Below, one piece after another: positions 38,578-52,729 of a stretch of DNA of 64,000 nucleotides. The notes under the pieces were generated by a model, which had not been told where the DNA came from, made no database searches, and saw only the letters and a list, made by a program, of their open reading frames with translations. How positions within the stretch are numbered: position 1 is the stretch's first letter; the number at the start of each line of letters is the position of its first letter. Source of the stretch: Monocercomonoides exilis PA203 (Eukaryota; Protista; Preaxostyla); assembly GCA_001643675.2 (NCBI GenBank), contig LSRY02000002.1:124001-188000 (forward strand), given 5' to 3'. The position numbers and the translations under genes are program-made.

Positions 38578-39499
38578 GACTGAGTTTATTTGAGTTACGA
38601 AATTTCAGATATTAAACAAGTATTTTATATGTGTTCATAAATGATTACAAAAACATGCACATAATATTTGAAGATTAATGATGTTGTTTTGTTTTGTTTT
38701 TTATTGTTTTCGAAAAATTCTTTCAAAGATCAAAAGGATCAAATAGTTAATAAAGCTGACAAAATTCTTTTGAGCCAATACATGATTCAAAACATAAAAG
38801 TTTCACGTTTTTCATATTGCTTCACTTTTCTTTGCACACGATTTTGATCATGCTCTTTGTGAAAAATGCAGGAATCTTAATTGCTGAGGATTTACAATTG
38901 ATTTATATTGACTTTGAACTTGTTGAACAAGTGAAAACGTGCAAAAACGAATAATTTCATTGAAATGATAATATACATAATAAGGTTGCAAATGTTTTTG
39001 TATTCATCAAATATAATGAACTGGATGATTCAAAAAACAGTAAGTTTGATGTTTGAAAGAAGAGATAAATTAAAAAGATTAGCTTCACCGCATTCAATAA
39101 CATTTCACAGATGTGCACCGAGGAGCATACTTGAGAGCTGAATAGAGTGAATCTGTCCAGATTGAACGATTTTTGAACAGCTACACACGATTTCATCCAA
39201 GGAGAAAACAGAAAACCCTCAAGTAGTTGATGCACGCAAAATGTGAAGTTTGATGTTTTGTTCTGGTTTATCGCCTTTCCTTTTTTGAGGTGAGCCTCTT
39301 TTGTTTTCACCATGAAACCTCAAGAAGATGCATTTATGTAAATTGCGAAGGCATTAATCGAGCGCATAGCTAATCTCCTCCACTTTTTGTGTTAAGTGAT
39401 AACTGAACTCCAAAGATCGTGTAGGTGGAGAGTCCATTTATTTTACTATGTTGATTTGATTCGATTTTTGTATTCATTACATTTGGGAAGAATATCATG

Positions 39500-41780
39500 C
39501 TGGATCCATGAAATGTTAGCTTATTCAATGTAATTTTAATTTCGTTATTCAACATGTCCAACTGCCCCATCGTCGAAGAAGCAAGCAGTGCCAGCCACTC
39601 TCCAAATACCACTTCCTAATTATTCATCTTCATATCGATGTTGAAGGATGTCGCAGAAACAGAAAAGAATCCATCAGTTCCTTAAAATTTGGACGACATC
39701 TCAGGGAGATTATTGCAAACGATTCAAGCGCGAAATGCTTCCATTCGAGCAGCATGAAAATATGATGGAAATGATAAATCACTTGAGAAGCTGAGAGTTG
39801 CAGGTTTTTTTTATCAACTTTTAAAAGATAGCGTGACGGGGTTAAGTGGAGAAGAGAAAGTTGCAAAATGAATTTGGATCCGACTGTGAACAGCAAGCCA
39901 GAGTTTATGTTCCAGAACATATTATGAATCAATAACACAGGAAGCCATGTGCGAGATATCTTTGTTGTGTGCAGGAATATTTCAGGGCAGATGAAGAAAA
40001 TGAAATTCCTGATAAAAAATGTGAAAAGGAGTGTTCAACTGGACTAATGCGATCTTCGGGTTCGACAATTTGACTGAAGAAGCGTTCGGCTTGATCTCAT
40101 TCATCATCACACATCAGTCAACTGTTGTGCCTGCGTTGTCGACTGGTTTCGAGCCTGGAGGCTGAAATAACAATTCGCATTACGTATTAGCAAAGGAAAT
40201 GTGTGCCACAAACGAGCATGGACTGGGATATATTGCGTCGAGTAAGTGGGTGCTGTTGTTGTTGAGGGTGCTGAGAGATTTGATGGCATAGGTTTTTATT
40301 TGTTGAAGGAAACCACATCTTGTTAAAGAATGGACTTAGAGCGTTATAAGTTAAAACTGGTTTGGATAGTTCGATCTTTGGGATGGACCATGAGGATTTG
40401 AAACGCATGAGGACTCTAACGAGAAGAACAGGGCTGCGAACACTTTTGATGCTGTTTAAAAGAAGATGGAGTTGTGTTGCATGCTATGAAAGAAGAAAAG
40501 AGAAGACGGTTTCGATGATGCAGTTCAACAACTTTTCTGTTTTGTCAGATGAACCGGCTTCTGTTTCGATGATCTTTCTGCAGACTTCGATTGTCAAGCT
40601 AAACTGCTAATTTGTAGTCCGCAGGCCACATGCCGAAAGAGGAAGAACAAAGTCGATATTGCTCCGGTTAGCTGCTCGAGTACGTGCATGATTGTTTGAT
40701 GGCTTCGCTGATGGATCCTCTTCATTTGCCAACTCAGACACTGATAATAGAGTGGAACAGAAGAGCAGCTTGAATGGATCTGCAGCAAATTCAGAACAGA
40801 GCGAAGTGGGGATGATTGATGCCACAATTGCAAGCTACACCGAAGTTGGATTGAACGTGTTGAGAGTGGGAAGGTGGAAGAGGAGGTTGAGCGAGTGCAA
40901 CAGCTTCCAATTTCACAAGTCATGAACAATTGAACCCCAATTGCCAGATGCCCAGAAGAAATATACTGTGCAACGCTAATTGGAAGTTGAAACAAGTGAG
41001 CGTGAAAGAAGGAAATGGAAAGTCGATAGGCTCATATCTGTAGATTGTAAAACGAAGAATGCGAACTTTTCGATTTTGACAAGTAACCAGGAATCTTCTC
41101 AATTCATCTCACTGCTGACAAATATGACTATCTTGCAGTAAGACACAACCGTACAACTTATATTTCGTTTAGCGTTTCTGCTTCGATGAAAACTCCCACT
41201 AAATGTTAATGCATTGCTTTGCTGTGTGAGGGCAGTCGAGAAAAACGAATTCCACGAGATCTTGTTTGTCTTATAAGCAGAAGCTCAAAGTGTCATTCTC
41301 TCGTCAATACTCGAAGGCTTGCCAGATGAGGCAGAAGTCACTGTTTGGATTCTGTTTGGACCGATATGTTCGGCATCCACTTCTTCTGCGATGTTGAAGA
41401 ACAGAAGAATAACTCTGACAAGCAAAGAAGGAAATCTTGCAGAAGGAACAAATGAAGGGAATACACTTTGGGAACTGGCTGTGATCATTATAGCTGTTGC
41501 TATTGTTGATTATTCTGTTAACAGCTTTGATTATGTTTGCTGTTTAACGAAGGAAAGCAAATTGACGAGCAGAAGACTTTGTCGAAATTATGTTAGATAC
41601 AGTGAAGAAGGATCAGAAAGCGTATGAGGTTGTTGCGAAGAAGTGTCACAAGAGGAGCAATAGGGAAGAACAGAGAAGGAGGAAGAAAAGAAGAATATTT
41701 AAAATCTTTAAGAAATTAATTGAAAAAAGAAAATACAATTTTAGCTGTCAACGGAGAATGTGGAGAAAGAGATAACACAC
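39500..41780 (+). pseudogene. Heavily decayed paralog of the receptor-like family at 1-6690
   Basis: Fragments EAEVTVWILFG...LKNR...EGTNEGNTLWELAVIIIAVAI and DTVKKDQKAYEVV match ETEVSVSILFG...LKNR...EGEKEGKFSWTLIICIAIVAI and DNIRKDPKAFEMV. There are many stops and frameshifts. The 5' boundary is approximate. Confidence 0.75.
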
Positions 41781-42087
41781 CAATCTGTGAATTTAGGTGT
41801 GCGCTTCGGGGATATAGGCTTTACTGTCCGAAGACCTCTCCACAAACATCAATAGGAGCAAATATTTGTGATAAATATTTTATTACACAGTGATCAAATT
41901 AGAAATAAAAATTCAAAAATTTTATAGAATAACAAGAATAAATTATGAATTTTCTATGTTTTGCACTCTTTTTGTCAAATAAAATATTCTTTGAACACAT
42001 ATCAATTTTTGTTAAAGAATAATGAAAAATCTCTGTTTTTAAGAATTTTTCAATTTTTTGTTGATGAAATGAAAAATAAAACGTGAA

Positions 42088-42350
42088 AATGGGCGATTAT
42101 TTTTGAAAACATTTTGTTTCATACAAAAATTTCGGTGCAAAAATATTTCGTGAATATCAATAAACAAAAATTGAAAAGTGAAAAGACTAATTGAATGCAT
42201 TTTAATCTTTGATTCGGAAAAACCATTTGTTTTTAAAAACAATTATCATGTTTTTCTCTTTTGAATTAATATTTTCTTTCAAAAAACATACAATCTTTGA
42301 AAATTAACACACCGAAAAAAGATATGATTTCAAAAATAATCACCCAAATA
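42088..42350. repeat. MITE-like dispersed repeat, copy 2
   Basis: Inverted motif pair tgggcgattatttttgaaa (42090) and gatttcaaaaataatcaccca (42326-42346), with nearly the same ~235-bp spacing as copy 1. Confidence 0.6.
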
Positions 42351-42917
42351 TTATCATTTGTGTTCATTTCTTTTTCATATGGGTAATAATTTATGAAAAG
42401 TCGCTACGGATCAAAAATTCATCCCATGAAAGTTAACAAAATACACTCCATTACCATAATACAAATGAAAATATTATACTTTCACAGTAATGTTTGAAGG
42501 CTCATAACAAACTTCTTCATGAAAAGATATATCCTTTTTCAAATAATTATGTATCAAATTTTTTGATCAAAATTTGAATTTTGGTTTTTCTATGTGAAAA
42601 GGGTTTTATTGCTTGAACTATTTTGCACTTGTTGATTCATAAAATGCACAAGGTTTTTATCGATTTTATTTCATCAAAAATTAGAGATTCGTTAATTAAT
42701 CAAATTCTTATTTGATTAAAAATTTTCATTACACAGAATGTGCCTGGAATTTTAATAAATGCGTAGATTACTCCCACAAGTTTGATAAATATGAAAAACA
42801 TACATATCAAAAGGTTTTCGTTCAGCTTTTATTTATATGTTTTTATTTAATAATTCAAATAAAATTATTCATTTTTTTAAGCTTAACAAATTCGTAGCTA
42901 ATGATAGAGAGCCTAAC

Positions 42918-43409
42918 ATGATAGAAATGGCGATGTGGGGCTGCACTTCAGACTCGTTTGTGGGAAAAGAAGATCTGTTATTTAAGGTTATGAAATACCT
43001 GAGCGAGACGATATTTGTATCTTCTGTTGTAAAAAACCACGAAGATAGCAAGCAACGTGGAGAGTTCAGCATGCCTTGCGTATAATTGAATGTTGGAGTG
43101 AATCACATTATTCCATCACGCTATTCGCAGCTGTTGATATCGGAGCAAACAATCATCAACGGAGAATGCTGTGTGCAGAATGTTAGCATTCACTCATTGG
43201 AATCTACTTCAGCTGCTTTGGTGTATCTGAACTCAACAATTGTTGGGGATGTGGGAAGTCTTATCACAACTGCAGGGAGAATTCGTATAGAGAGAGCAAA
43301 GTTCACCTTTGGCCAGTCGTATGCGCACTCTAGCTGCGCTGCTGTTAACGGCACTAATGGAGAGCACTCGTTCTCCTTTGAAAATATTGCATCGTCTTCT
43401 GCCTTATAG
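42918..43409 (+). pseudogene. Ectodomain fragment of the receptor-like family
   Basis: DLL...YLSETIFVSSV...DSKQRGEFSMPCV* parallels the DL...Y...IvVSS...CG....PC repeat of gene 1. In-frame TAA at 43083-43085; truncated at both ends. Confidence 0.6.
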
Positions 43410-43519
43410 GTCGTCCTGACATCCTCGTTTCCTTCCGAGCACCATTTTCTTCAGAAGTCCCTCTTTCCGTGCAATTCAACCATCCTTTCTCTTCTTCTCC
43501 TTCTCCTCCTTTTTATTCA

Positions 43520-43680
<161 letters not shown>

Positions 43681-43756
43681 CATTCATTCACCATCACACA
43701 AATCATAAAACTCATTTTATTCTTCTCATTCTTCTCATTCTCATCGCACTACAAGA

Positions 43757-45528
43757 ATATTAATCGAACCTTCTTCTTCTTCTTCTTCAAATTCTTCTTC
43801 TTCTCCTCGTTCTCCTTCTCCTCCTCCATTACCACCGCCGCCGCAGCCGCCGCCACCATCACCACCACCACCTCCTCCTTCTTCTTCTTCAACTAAAAAC
43901 CTGAATGAGTTTCAGAAACCTCCATCGCGTGTGTCCCCTCGCCACATTCACCGTCGCTCCTCTTCTGTGAACTTCTCCTCTCATTCTCCTCTCCTCAGCT
44001 CTGATCATATCTCTCTACTTCTTCCACTACAGTTACTCCATTTGTGCCATCTTCTTCTTTGAAATCTTCAACAGTTTCTACCACAATTCCTTCTCGTCTA
44101 TCAAAACCATCAGCTTCTGCTGCACCTTCTGCTTTCTCCTCTCCCTTAGTCACACTCTCTCAAGTGCCTGTATCATCCAGCAAGAAAACACCTCTTTCTC
44201 CTTCTCTTTCTCTTTCTCCTTTTCTCTCTCTTTCTCCTTCTGCTGCAAAAAGGAGATCCACAACCCCTCCTCCCACATCATCAGCAAACACTTATCGCCC
44301 TGTGCCTCAGACTGTTCCTGTTGCTTCAACTTCACCTCGTCCTGTGTTCTCTTCTACTGTTTCCTCTTCTTCTTCCTCTTCTTCTCTTTCTTCTGTTCCG
44401 TCAACCTCTTTCTTTTCCCAAGAACATTCGGTCTTTTCTCCACAAACAGCTGAAATTGATGAGCTTCACAACTCGTCAAAGCCTGCAGCATTTTCAATTG
44501 TTCATTCGGATGACTCTTCGAAAGGACAAACTCTTCAGCAATCCTCGTCTCCTTCTCCTTCTTCCTCTTCCTCTTCCTCTTCTCTTCCATCCTCAACCTC
44601 TCTCTCTCTCAATCAACCCCCTCATTAAATAGCTCTTCTCGCAGTGTTCTCCGTCAAACCGCTCCGCTTCGCCCGCTCATCAGCCATAATTCAGCACAAT
44701 ATTCTTCTCTTCCTTCATCTCAAGCAACTTCACTTCAACCTCTGCGCATCTTAACTCCTCCAATGCCTCCTTCTCAGCCTCCTCCTTCTCATCCTCCGCC
44801 TCATCCGCCTCCACCTCCTTCCAACCCTTCTCCTCCTCCTCATTCTCTTCCTCCACACACGCTTCCTCCTCCTTCGAAGTCTCCTCCACCTGTTCCTCTT
44901 TCTCCTTCTGCAAGCAAACTGCCTGCTTCATTTGTGTCTTTCTTTGGTACCACACAAACAAATGCTCCTTCTTCTTCGACTTCGTTGTCGTCTTCTTCTT
45001 CTTCAGTTGGATCAACAGATGATGCAAAGATGAATTCTCTTAAGACAGGCTCTGGTTCTTACACTCCAACACCAATGTGCTCAAATGCTGATGTTCCAGC
45101 TTCTTTCTCTTCCTTCTCGTCAATTTCTTCTTCTTCTTCCAACCAGCACCCAATCTTCTCTTTCGACTCGTTCTGTTTCGATGAATGAGTAGCCAACAGC
45201 AGCCACAACTCCGTTTTCAATGGTATCTACTGAATTTTCGATGTCCCCTTCGCTCAAAAGACAAAGCAACGGAACCCCACAAAGATCTGCTTATACTCCT
45301 CCTTCTTTCTCAGCAAGAAATATGCCTGCTGATTTTGCGTCTGATTTTGCTCCTTCTTCTTCTTCCACTTCTTCCTCTTCTTCTTCCTCTTCTCCTTCTC
45401 CTTCTGATGCATTAAACATTCCAATTTCACAACATTTCATATCAATTTGTTCAAAGCAACATTTATCTTCTTCTTCTTCACCCTCTTCACCTTCTTCACC
45501 TTATTTACTATTATTTGCTCAGAAATAA
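43757..45528 (+). pseudogene. Fragmented Ser/Pro-rich low-complexity coding remnant
   Basis: Successive TCT/CCT-rich ORFs (44044-44628, 44763-45188, 45220-45528) in shifting frames, with no clean introns between them. Confidence 0.4.
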
Positions 45529-45999
45529 GCAAAAAGAAAACAAAACATTCTCAATGTTGACTCCATATTTGTTTCTTTCAAAGAATTTTTTGAAAGAAAT
45601 TGATTGTAAAAAGAAACAGGAAATAGATGGAAAATGAGGTTAGTTGATGAAGAAAAATTGAGAATACAAAAATCGATAAATAAAGAATAAAAGAGAAAGA
45701 AGAGAAATAGGGGTTAGAGGAAGAAGAAGAATAGGAGAAGAAGAATACGATAAGGATAATGCAAATATCAATGAAGAACATGGAAAGGCTTCGCTATCAA
45801 CTCCCTCAGCTACGCCATCGTCTGCAGAAACTGCACCACTCATTGCCCATCCTCAAGAGAAAGACCAAAGAAGGTTGCTTTTTTGAGTTGCTCCTTCACA
45901 GCTTCAGCCCCAACAGCACTCCCGGAAGCCGCACAATGTGGAACAAATTCAACCGCCCTTCTTTCTTCTCTTTCACCAACTGTACAATCTAAACATGCA

Positions 46000-48060
46000 G
46001 CTTAAGCACAAACTATTCCCACGTCACCTTCGATGCTGTGTAAAACTCATACTCCAAGTTGACCGATGCCATCTTGCCGCCTTCACAATCACATAATTCA
46101 AAGACTGCAGAGCAGGATTTTGCAGGTTAGCTTCATCACAAACATCCGGAAGCTGCTTCTCTGAAGTTATTCAGCAGAAACCACAGAAACACATACGCTT
46201 CCGCATCCCTTTTCTCCTGCTGCATCTCCTCAAACAACCAAAAGACACTTATATCTCTTCTCCGACACCTCTTCTACCACAATTCAATTATCAGGAAAAC
46301 TCCAATTCTCCTCCGGTTTACTCATTCTGCACGAATTCCCCAAACAGTTCCATCTCTGCAAAGTCCAAACGGCACAGTTCTTCCCCATACATCCTTGCTC
46401 ACAGCACAGCATCGCTCTTCTTCTGCACAGCTTGCTTCTCCCCCAGCCATATGTACACAAAGTACCCAAACCCCTGCCTCTGAACGCCCACCCCCATTCA
46501 AAGATCTTCTGAAATAATGTCTCCGCATCACCCCCGGATCCTCGACAGCTTCCACATTAGCTACGACTGCAGACCTATCTTCAGCAACTTCAACAAACGT
46601 TTCATCTACACAGACGACCGCCGCGAGTGTGGCACCCAAAGCACATGTGCTGATTTTCACGTTTCTTGTTCCAGCGACACAGACGCTGCACTCATCTGTC
46701 ACTCCCACGCCATCGACACAGCCTGCAAAAACACCCTTCCTGCCCAGACACCCCTACCCTCAATCCACCAGGAGATGTAACAGATCACTCCGATTCTTCC
46801 CTGTCTCTGCTTTCTGTCGTCTGCTCAAGAAGCATGAACGAACACAACACAACATTCGCACTCCATTTACCTTTCTTTACCACTGTTGGAACCACAGTTT
46901 TCATCCAATCATCCCGCTCCCTCTCTTCGGATCGTTGTGCTGAAACAGCGGAATCTTATTCACTGCGCTTACATCTCTTTCTTCTGCCTTTTCCACCTCC
47001 TCTGCCTCCTCGTATTCTCAGCCTTAACTTCTGTTCCTCATCCTCCTCCTTTCTCCATCCATCTCTCTCGTCCCTTTCTCCTCTGCCCTTCCTTCCCTGC
47101 TCCCTCCATAGTCCACTTGCACCTCACACTCTTCCAGCTCCCGAGCCTGAACAACCAGCCGCTCCACCTTCTCTTCATACGACACCTTCATTTTCTTCTG
47201 CTCCTGCTTCTTTTGCGCAAGCGCCGTCTGCTGCTTCTCAATCACCTCCTTGAACAGCGCCTTCTGCTCGCATATAGTCTTAATGTGCACTTTCAACAGC
47301 GCCATCAGCATCTTCATTTTCCTTCTCCGTATCGTTCGTCTTCTGCTGCACCGTTGCATCTACTCTTCCACCACCTCCTCCACCTCCGCTGTTTGCTTCT
47401 CCCACAACACTCACCCCGCTCCCCACTTTTGCAACAACCCCATTCCCATTCAGGTCTGGCCCAAGAATCACAGCACATCCATTTTTGTTGATCTCTGTTA
47501 GCTTCTCCTTGCACTTTTCGCACAGCCCCAACGGCAGAATCAAGGAAATCAAAGATGGAACTACCCCATTATACGCACAAATTAATGAAGAAGATATGGC
47601 AATTGTAACCACCGACCAGCCAGTTTCCACTTGCCAACCACGCTCACCACTCCTCATTGCTGAGCCCAGCACTTCTTCTCCTTCACCTGCTTCACCTGCT
47701 TCACCTGCTTCACCTGCTTCACATCTGCATTGTACTTCTCGCTCAGCTCCAGAATCTTCCTCTGCTGCATCCAGATGATCTTGTCCTTCTCCTGCAGCTG
47801 CTCTGCCAGCCCGCTCATCCGCTTCGCCTCCTTTTCCTTTCCAACTTCTTCTTCTTTTCTTTCTTCCAGCAAATGCAGCACAATCGCTACAGGCGACAGA
47901 ACCACATCTTCTATCATCAGCCCCTCTGCCGCACCGCCTCCAGCGCCTTCTCCGCAAACTCTTCCACTTCATTCACTGCAACCATCCCCCTCCTCATTTT
48001 GTTGTCCAGCTTCATCACTCCTCATTCCTCGACCACTTCTATCGGTTCTCCAACCATTCA
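46000..48060 (-). pseudogene. Fragmented coiled-coil protein remnant
   Basis: Heptad-like E/K/Q-rich pieces (LAEQLQEKDKIIWMQQRKILELSEK; FKEVIEKQQTALAQKKQEQ) separated by stops and frameshifts. Includes a 9-bp repeat (CTTCACCTG)x4 at 47681-47720. Confidence 0.4.
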
Positions 48061-49902
48061 ATGGCCAATGAAGCCAGCGATGGATTAGGCGAATTGTAGA
48101 TTGGCAGGAACGCATCCACATCAACCGCTGTTAATAACAGCTTCTTCGACGACTTCTTTCTCAGCAAGTTCTCAAGAAATGGGAGCAAAGCAACAAGAAG
48201 AATGAAAAGTATTATTCATTGAATTGACACAGCACGTTCTGTTCAGCAGAGCGCAGCAAGTCAACATTGAAACCTCGCAGCGTGTGCAACATCCGCAGCG
48301 ACAGGAGCAGTGACAGCTTCATAACCATGCAGCTTTTGCAGCTCAGCTGCTTTCTTCACAACTATCCTCAGCCGCCTAACGATTTCATTCAACCATGCCA
48401 CTTCAAGCGTTTATGAATCCTCCATCTTCGAGGCATCCGAAGGGTAAAATGCACGTTCAGACGAAGATGCTAATAACTGTCCATTCCCTGTCACCTTCTT
48501 CTCTTCTCTTATTGGACCCAGGAATGATAAAGAAGATCTGCGTGCTGCTCCACTCGAAGAAGACGAAAAAGACAAAGGTGCTGAGCAAAGAGACAACTGA
48601 ATCGCTTCCGCTCCCGCAAGAAGCTTTTTGATACAACTCATCACACAAAATTGCAGCTGCTTTCGAGTCACAAACACAAAGTCCATGTTCAAATTATAAA
48701 CGCCAATCATCACCGAAATCTTATCTTTTTTGATTTGATGGAAAAGAAGGAACAGAGTTTTTTTTGGAAGGGAATTGAAATGAGAAGAGAAAGATGAGCA
48801 AAAAAGAAAATAAAAAGTTGAAAGCTATTTAAGATATGATTCATGATTATATTCAGACCATGAGATGCAATATCTTTTATTGTTTTTTTAAAATTCATTT
48901 AATTTTATATATTACGTGTTATTCTTCATTTATTTGTTATAACATTAATAACTGCTCAATATTAACAACTTTTTGAAATTCTTTTAATTTCTTTGAGGAC
49001 AGTATCGATGAAAATTTCCTGTTTAATAATTTTTGACAAAAAATACTCAAATTAAAGCAAGTGAAAATCTATTTGTCTTTCTGCATAGGAACATTTTAAA
49101 AAGAAGTCTATATTCGAAAAATTAAAACGTTTTATACGAACAATTGAAATGAAAACATGTATATAAAAATAAATTACTCAGTAGCTTCAGAAAACAAGAA
49201 AAACAATATTTTATAACATAAATATGATTTGACAGCGAAAATAATATATGAAATCTGTTTTATTGAAACGCAATATTCGGAGATAGGGTGGCAAAACTGA
49301 AAAGAATAATACTCAGCAATATATGATGGTAACGGAATGATCAACATTTTTTGATCATTTTTGATCCTCTTTTCGGATCAGTTAAACATTTGCGACTTTT
49401 CAAAAAGAATGACCCATATATGATTTATTTAAGTGTTTCGTACTTTATTCTAAGCCTGGGTGATGTACTGACTTTTGACGTAAACCTTTCGATTCCTGAC
49501 TGACGTGACAAATATTTTCACGTCAGTCAAAAATTTTTGTGAAATTTAATTTTAATTTTGAAATAAAAAACATTAAAAATAAAAAATCCATTTTTTTTAT
49601 TAACTTGTTCAATTTTTTTTTAAATTTCATTATTTTCTCAAATCATTTATACCATAACATGATTTTCACTGACGAAATGGTCAAAATCGGAATTTTGAAA
49701 CTTCTTTAACGTCAGTGACGTCACGTCAGGTAACTCAAAATGTTAGAGTTGGAAGAAGAGCTGGAAAATGAAAACTTACCAAAGGAATTACAAGAATGTT
49801 TAAGTAACGTTTTAATTGTTTGCTCAAATCTCACAACAATTCTCACAATAGGGTTAACATTTTATTTGTTAGAAAGATATTTACGAAAAGACAAAATAGA
49901 AA

Positions 49903-52729
49903 ATGCATGACACAGGATGTCAATTTGTGAAATTACAAAAACAGTGCGAAACGAAATACGGACCAGGTTTATGAACTTTTTTTCGATTTTTTTATTTTTT
50001 AATTTCTTGTTGTTTTTCTTTGTGAAAAGTGTATGATCATCCTCGAAAAAAAAATGAATTTCTTTCTCGAATTTCATTTGAAGTTATCGGAGAATCATTA
50101 TGGATATCTTACACTCTCGTTGATGTAAGTGGAACATCAAAAAAAGATTGCCATAAGTATTATTTGTGCCCTATTTCGAAAGAAGGATTTCCCTGCGGTG
50201 TATCAGGTCGAAGAAGTTATTCTGTGGTTGTTAATCATAAATGTGAACTATTGAAACACAAAAATATTGTTCTATTCAAAAAAGCATATGATCCCATATC
50301 AATTTGCCAAGATCCAATGTCTCTTTCAATGTCAGATGGCCCAACAAGTGTTTCAGAATTACAAAAGCAATTTATTTCCTTGATTTGCCGATGCAATTCT
50401 TCGTTTTTGGCATCATCATCAAAAGAAATGAATTCGTTTATTTTTTCGTTGATCAAAGCTGGACAAAGTAACCCTTCGCTATCATCAACATTAATTTTCC
50501 CATATTTAACACGCAAAAAAATCGCCCACATGGTTCTAAAAGAAAAATCTAGAGTGGTGAAGGAAAAGGAGTCAACAATTAGAAACAATGGAGTGAGCAT
50601 AATGTTGGATGGAGCATCAGTGGTGAATCGAAAGATCATTGTTGTTACAGTATCAAAATTGTCATTTGACAGCAAACCATTATTTTGGGGATTATATCCA
50701 CCATGCGGAACTACCAAAGAGTTCAATATCCTTGTTAACAATCTAATATATGAATTCAGTCAATATAACACAATTGTGAGAAGTTTTTGTACAGATGGGT
50801 TTTCTTCTCAAATCAGAGCAATAGAGAATTTCACAAGTCAGGAAAGCAATGCAGATTCAGTTGAAGAAAAGCATCAGAGATTTATTCCTTTTCATATTTA
50901 CTGCTGTAATCACTTGACAAATTTGGTTATCACAAATTTATTCACAAAAGTTCCATTTCTTTGTGATCTCAAATTAAAAATGCTAAATTTTTCTCAAAAA
51001 GCCCATACTCTGCCATTGAAAAACCTTCTGAAGAAGCGTGCACCGACTTTTGTCTCAACAAGATGGAATTCATTGTACGAAATAGCTTCGTTCATCAGGA
51101 AAAAGAATCAAATCATTCAAAAGGAAAATTTATTAGACACGGAAAGCCTTGTGGATATCATCAAAGCAGAAGTGTTCTTATTCCCTTTTCATTTGCTTCA
51201 TATGAATTTCGAAAATGATAGTATCAAGTTGAGTCAAGTTTTCCCAATTTTATTAAGATCTTTTGAGTTTTTTTTCTATATTTTGAAGCTGGTTCAGTTC
51301 AAAGAAGAAAAATGGAGAAACTCTATTGCGAACTCGCTTATATTGATGCATAATTATTTTTTTGTGGGAAGGCGCGGTGAATATATAGCGCTTTCGTATG
51401 CTCTGACCCCAATTGGCATTCAGTTGGTTCGAAAACTATGCTTTCCTCTCAGAAACTTTTCAACACCATCTTTCTTTGTGAAAGAAGCTGAAACCTCTAG
51501 TCAATCCTCCTCAACAAAATCTTCAGACTTCATACACATAGCTTCATCATTATTTCATCCTTTACCTTATCCTGTTGACTTTAATGCAAATGAGTTTTTT
51601 TTATTTTTTATTTAAATTTCTTTAACTTTTGTTTTTGATATTTATTGTGCATTTTTTGAAACATAGGATGGATTATGAACCCCAGTCCCCAGCTGCATTT
51701 CAAGATAAATCAAAAAGTCAATCAGGTTTGAAACTATTCATATTAATTTATTTGCTGCATTTAATGCTTATACACATTTATATGTCTCTTGAAGAAAAAA
51801 ATGAATTGAATGGCATTCTTTTGTTGATACAGCAACTAGAAGAAACTGATCAAGAAACGTTTGGGAAGAGAAACGAAAAGAAACTTGTCATTGGAGAAGA
51901 GGATGAAGAAAGCGACGAATTTGGATTATTAGAAGCGGAAGAAAATTCAGTTGACGATATGTACGATTTTTTATTTGAACAAAAAAACCCAAGTCAAACT
52001 CAAATCGGGAAAGATAATGAAATATTCACAACATCTGTCGTTTCTTCAACTTCAAGCAATTCCAACTCTTCAACACCTTCATTTGTAAATCTTAATTGTT
52101 ATTCTTCGGCTAGTGTTTGTTCACAGGAAACAATGAATAAAACTCAAGAGGAACAGACGGATGTTGATAGAGTCCTTGAAGATAATCAGATGGATGAAAC
52201 AATATGTTTGGAAGATGACATTCACTGTCACTATCGTTGTTCTTTTGATGGACATCAGTCAGAATTAGATGAAGATATAGATTTTGATATTGAAGAATTA
52301 TTTTCGACTGGCAAATTTCCTGTTATTACAGAATTCAATGAAGAAAAAGAAAGACAAAGCATGAAACAGATAGAGAACACGTTATTTGTTGATTGGTTTC
52401 CAAGGCTTGATGCATATTTTTCGAAATATGCAAAAAAAGTTTTGGTAGGCATGGAAAAGGAATACTCAGAAGGTTGCAAGCTGCTGTTTGAAAGGCAGAT
52501 GAGATCAAAGCCGGATGATTTATATGAAAATAACCCAGAAATTTATTACCAAGTGCTGGCAGCATATGGAAATATTCAAACCGTTTATTCTGGATTGTGC
52601 CTTTCGTTAATTGTTTCCCCCTGTAGTGAAGCCAGCTGTGAACGAGTTATTTCCAGAATTAAAAACATCATTGGAGATCAAAGATATTCTTTAAACATGC
52701 AAACACTTGAAGCAATCCTTCACATTTGA
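49903..52729 (+). CDS. hAT transposase (spliced, apparently intact)
   Basis: SIMLDG (D1), FCTDG (D2), CCNH (CxxH), STRWNS, and SPCSEASCERVISRIKNIIGDQRYSL (catalytic E and dimerization domain). Putative introns 49967-50029, 51594-51666 and 51726-51794 give a continuous frame. The start codon is uncertain. Confidence 0.85.

Noticed and set aside
47550-47610. Ankyrin-like GTTPLYAQINEEDMAIV
   Set aside because: A single weak match in a fragmented region, with no flanking repeats.
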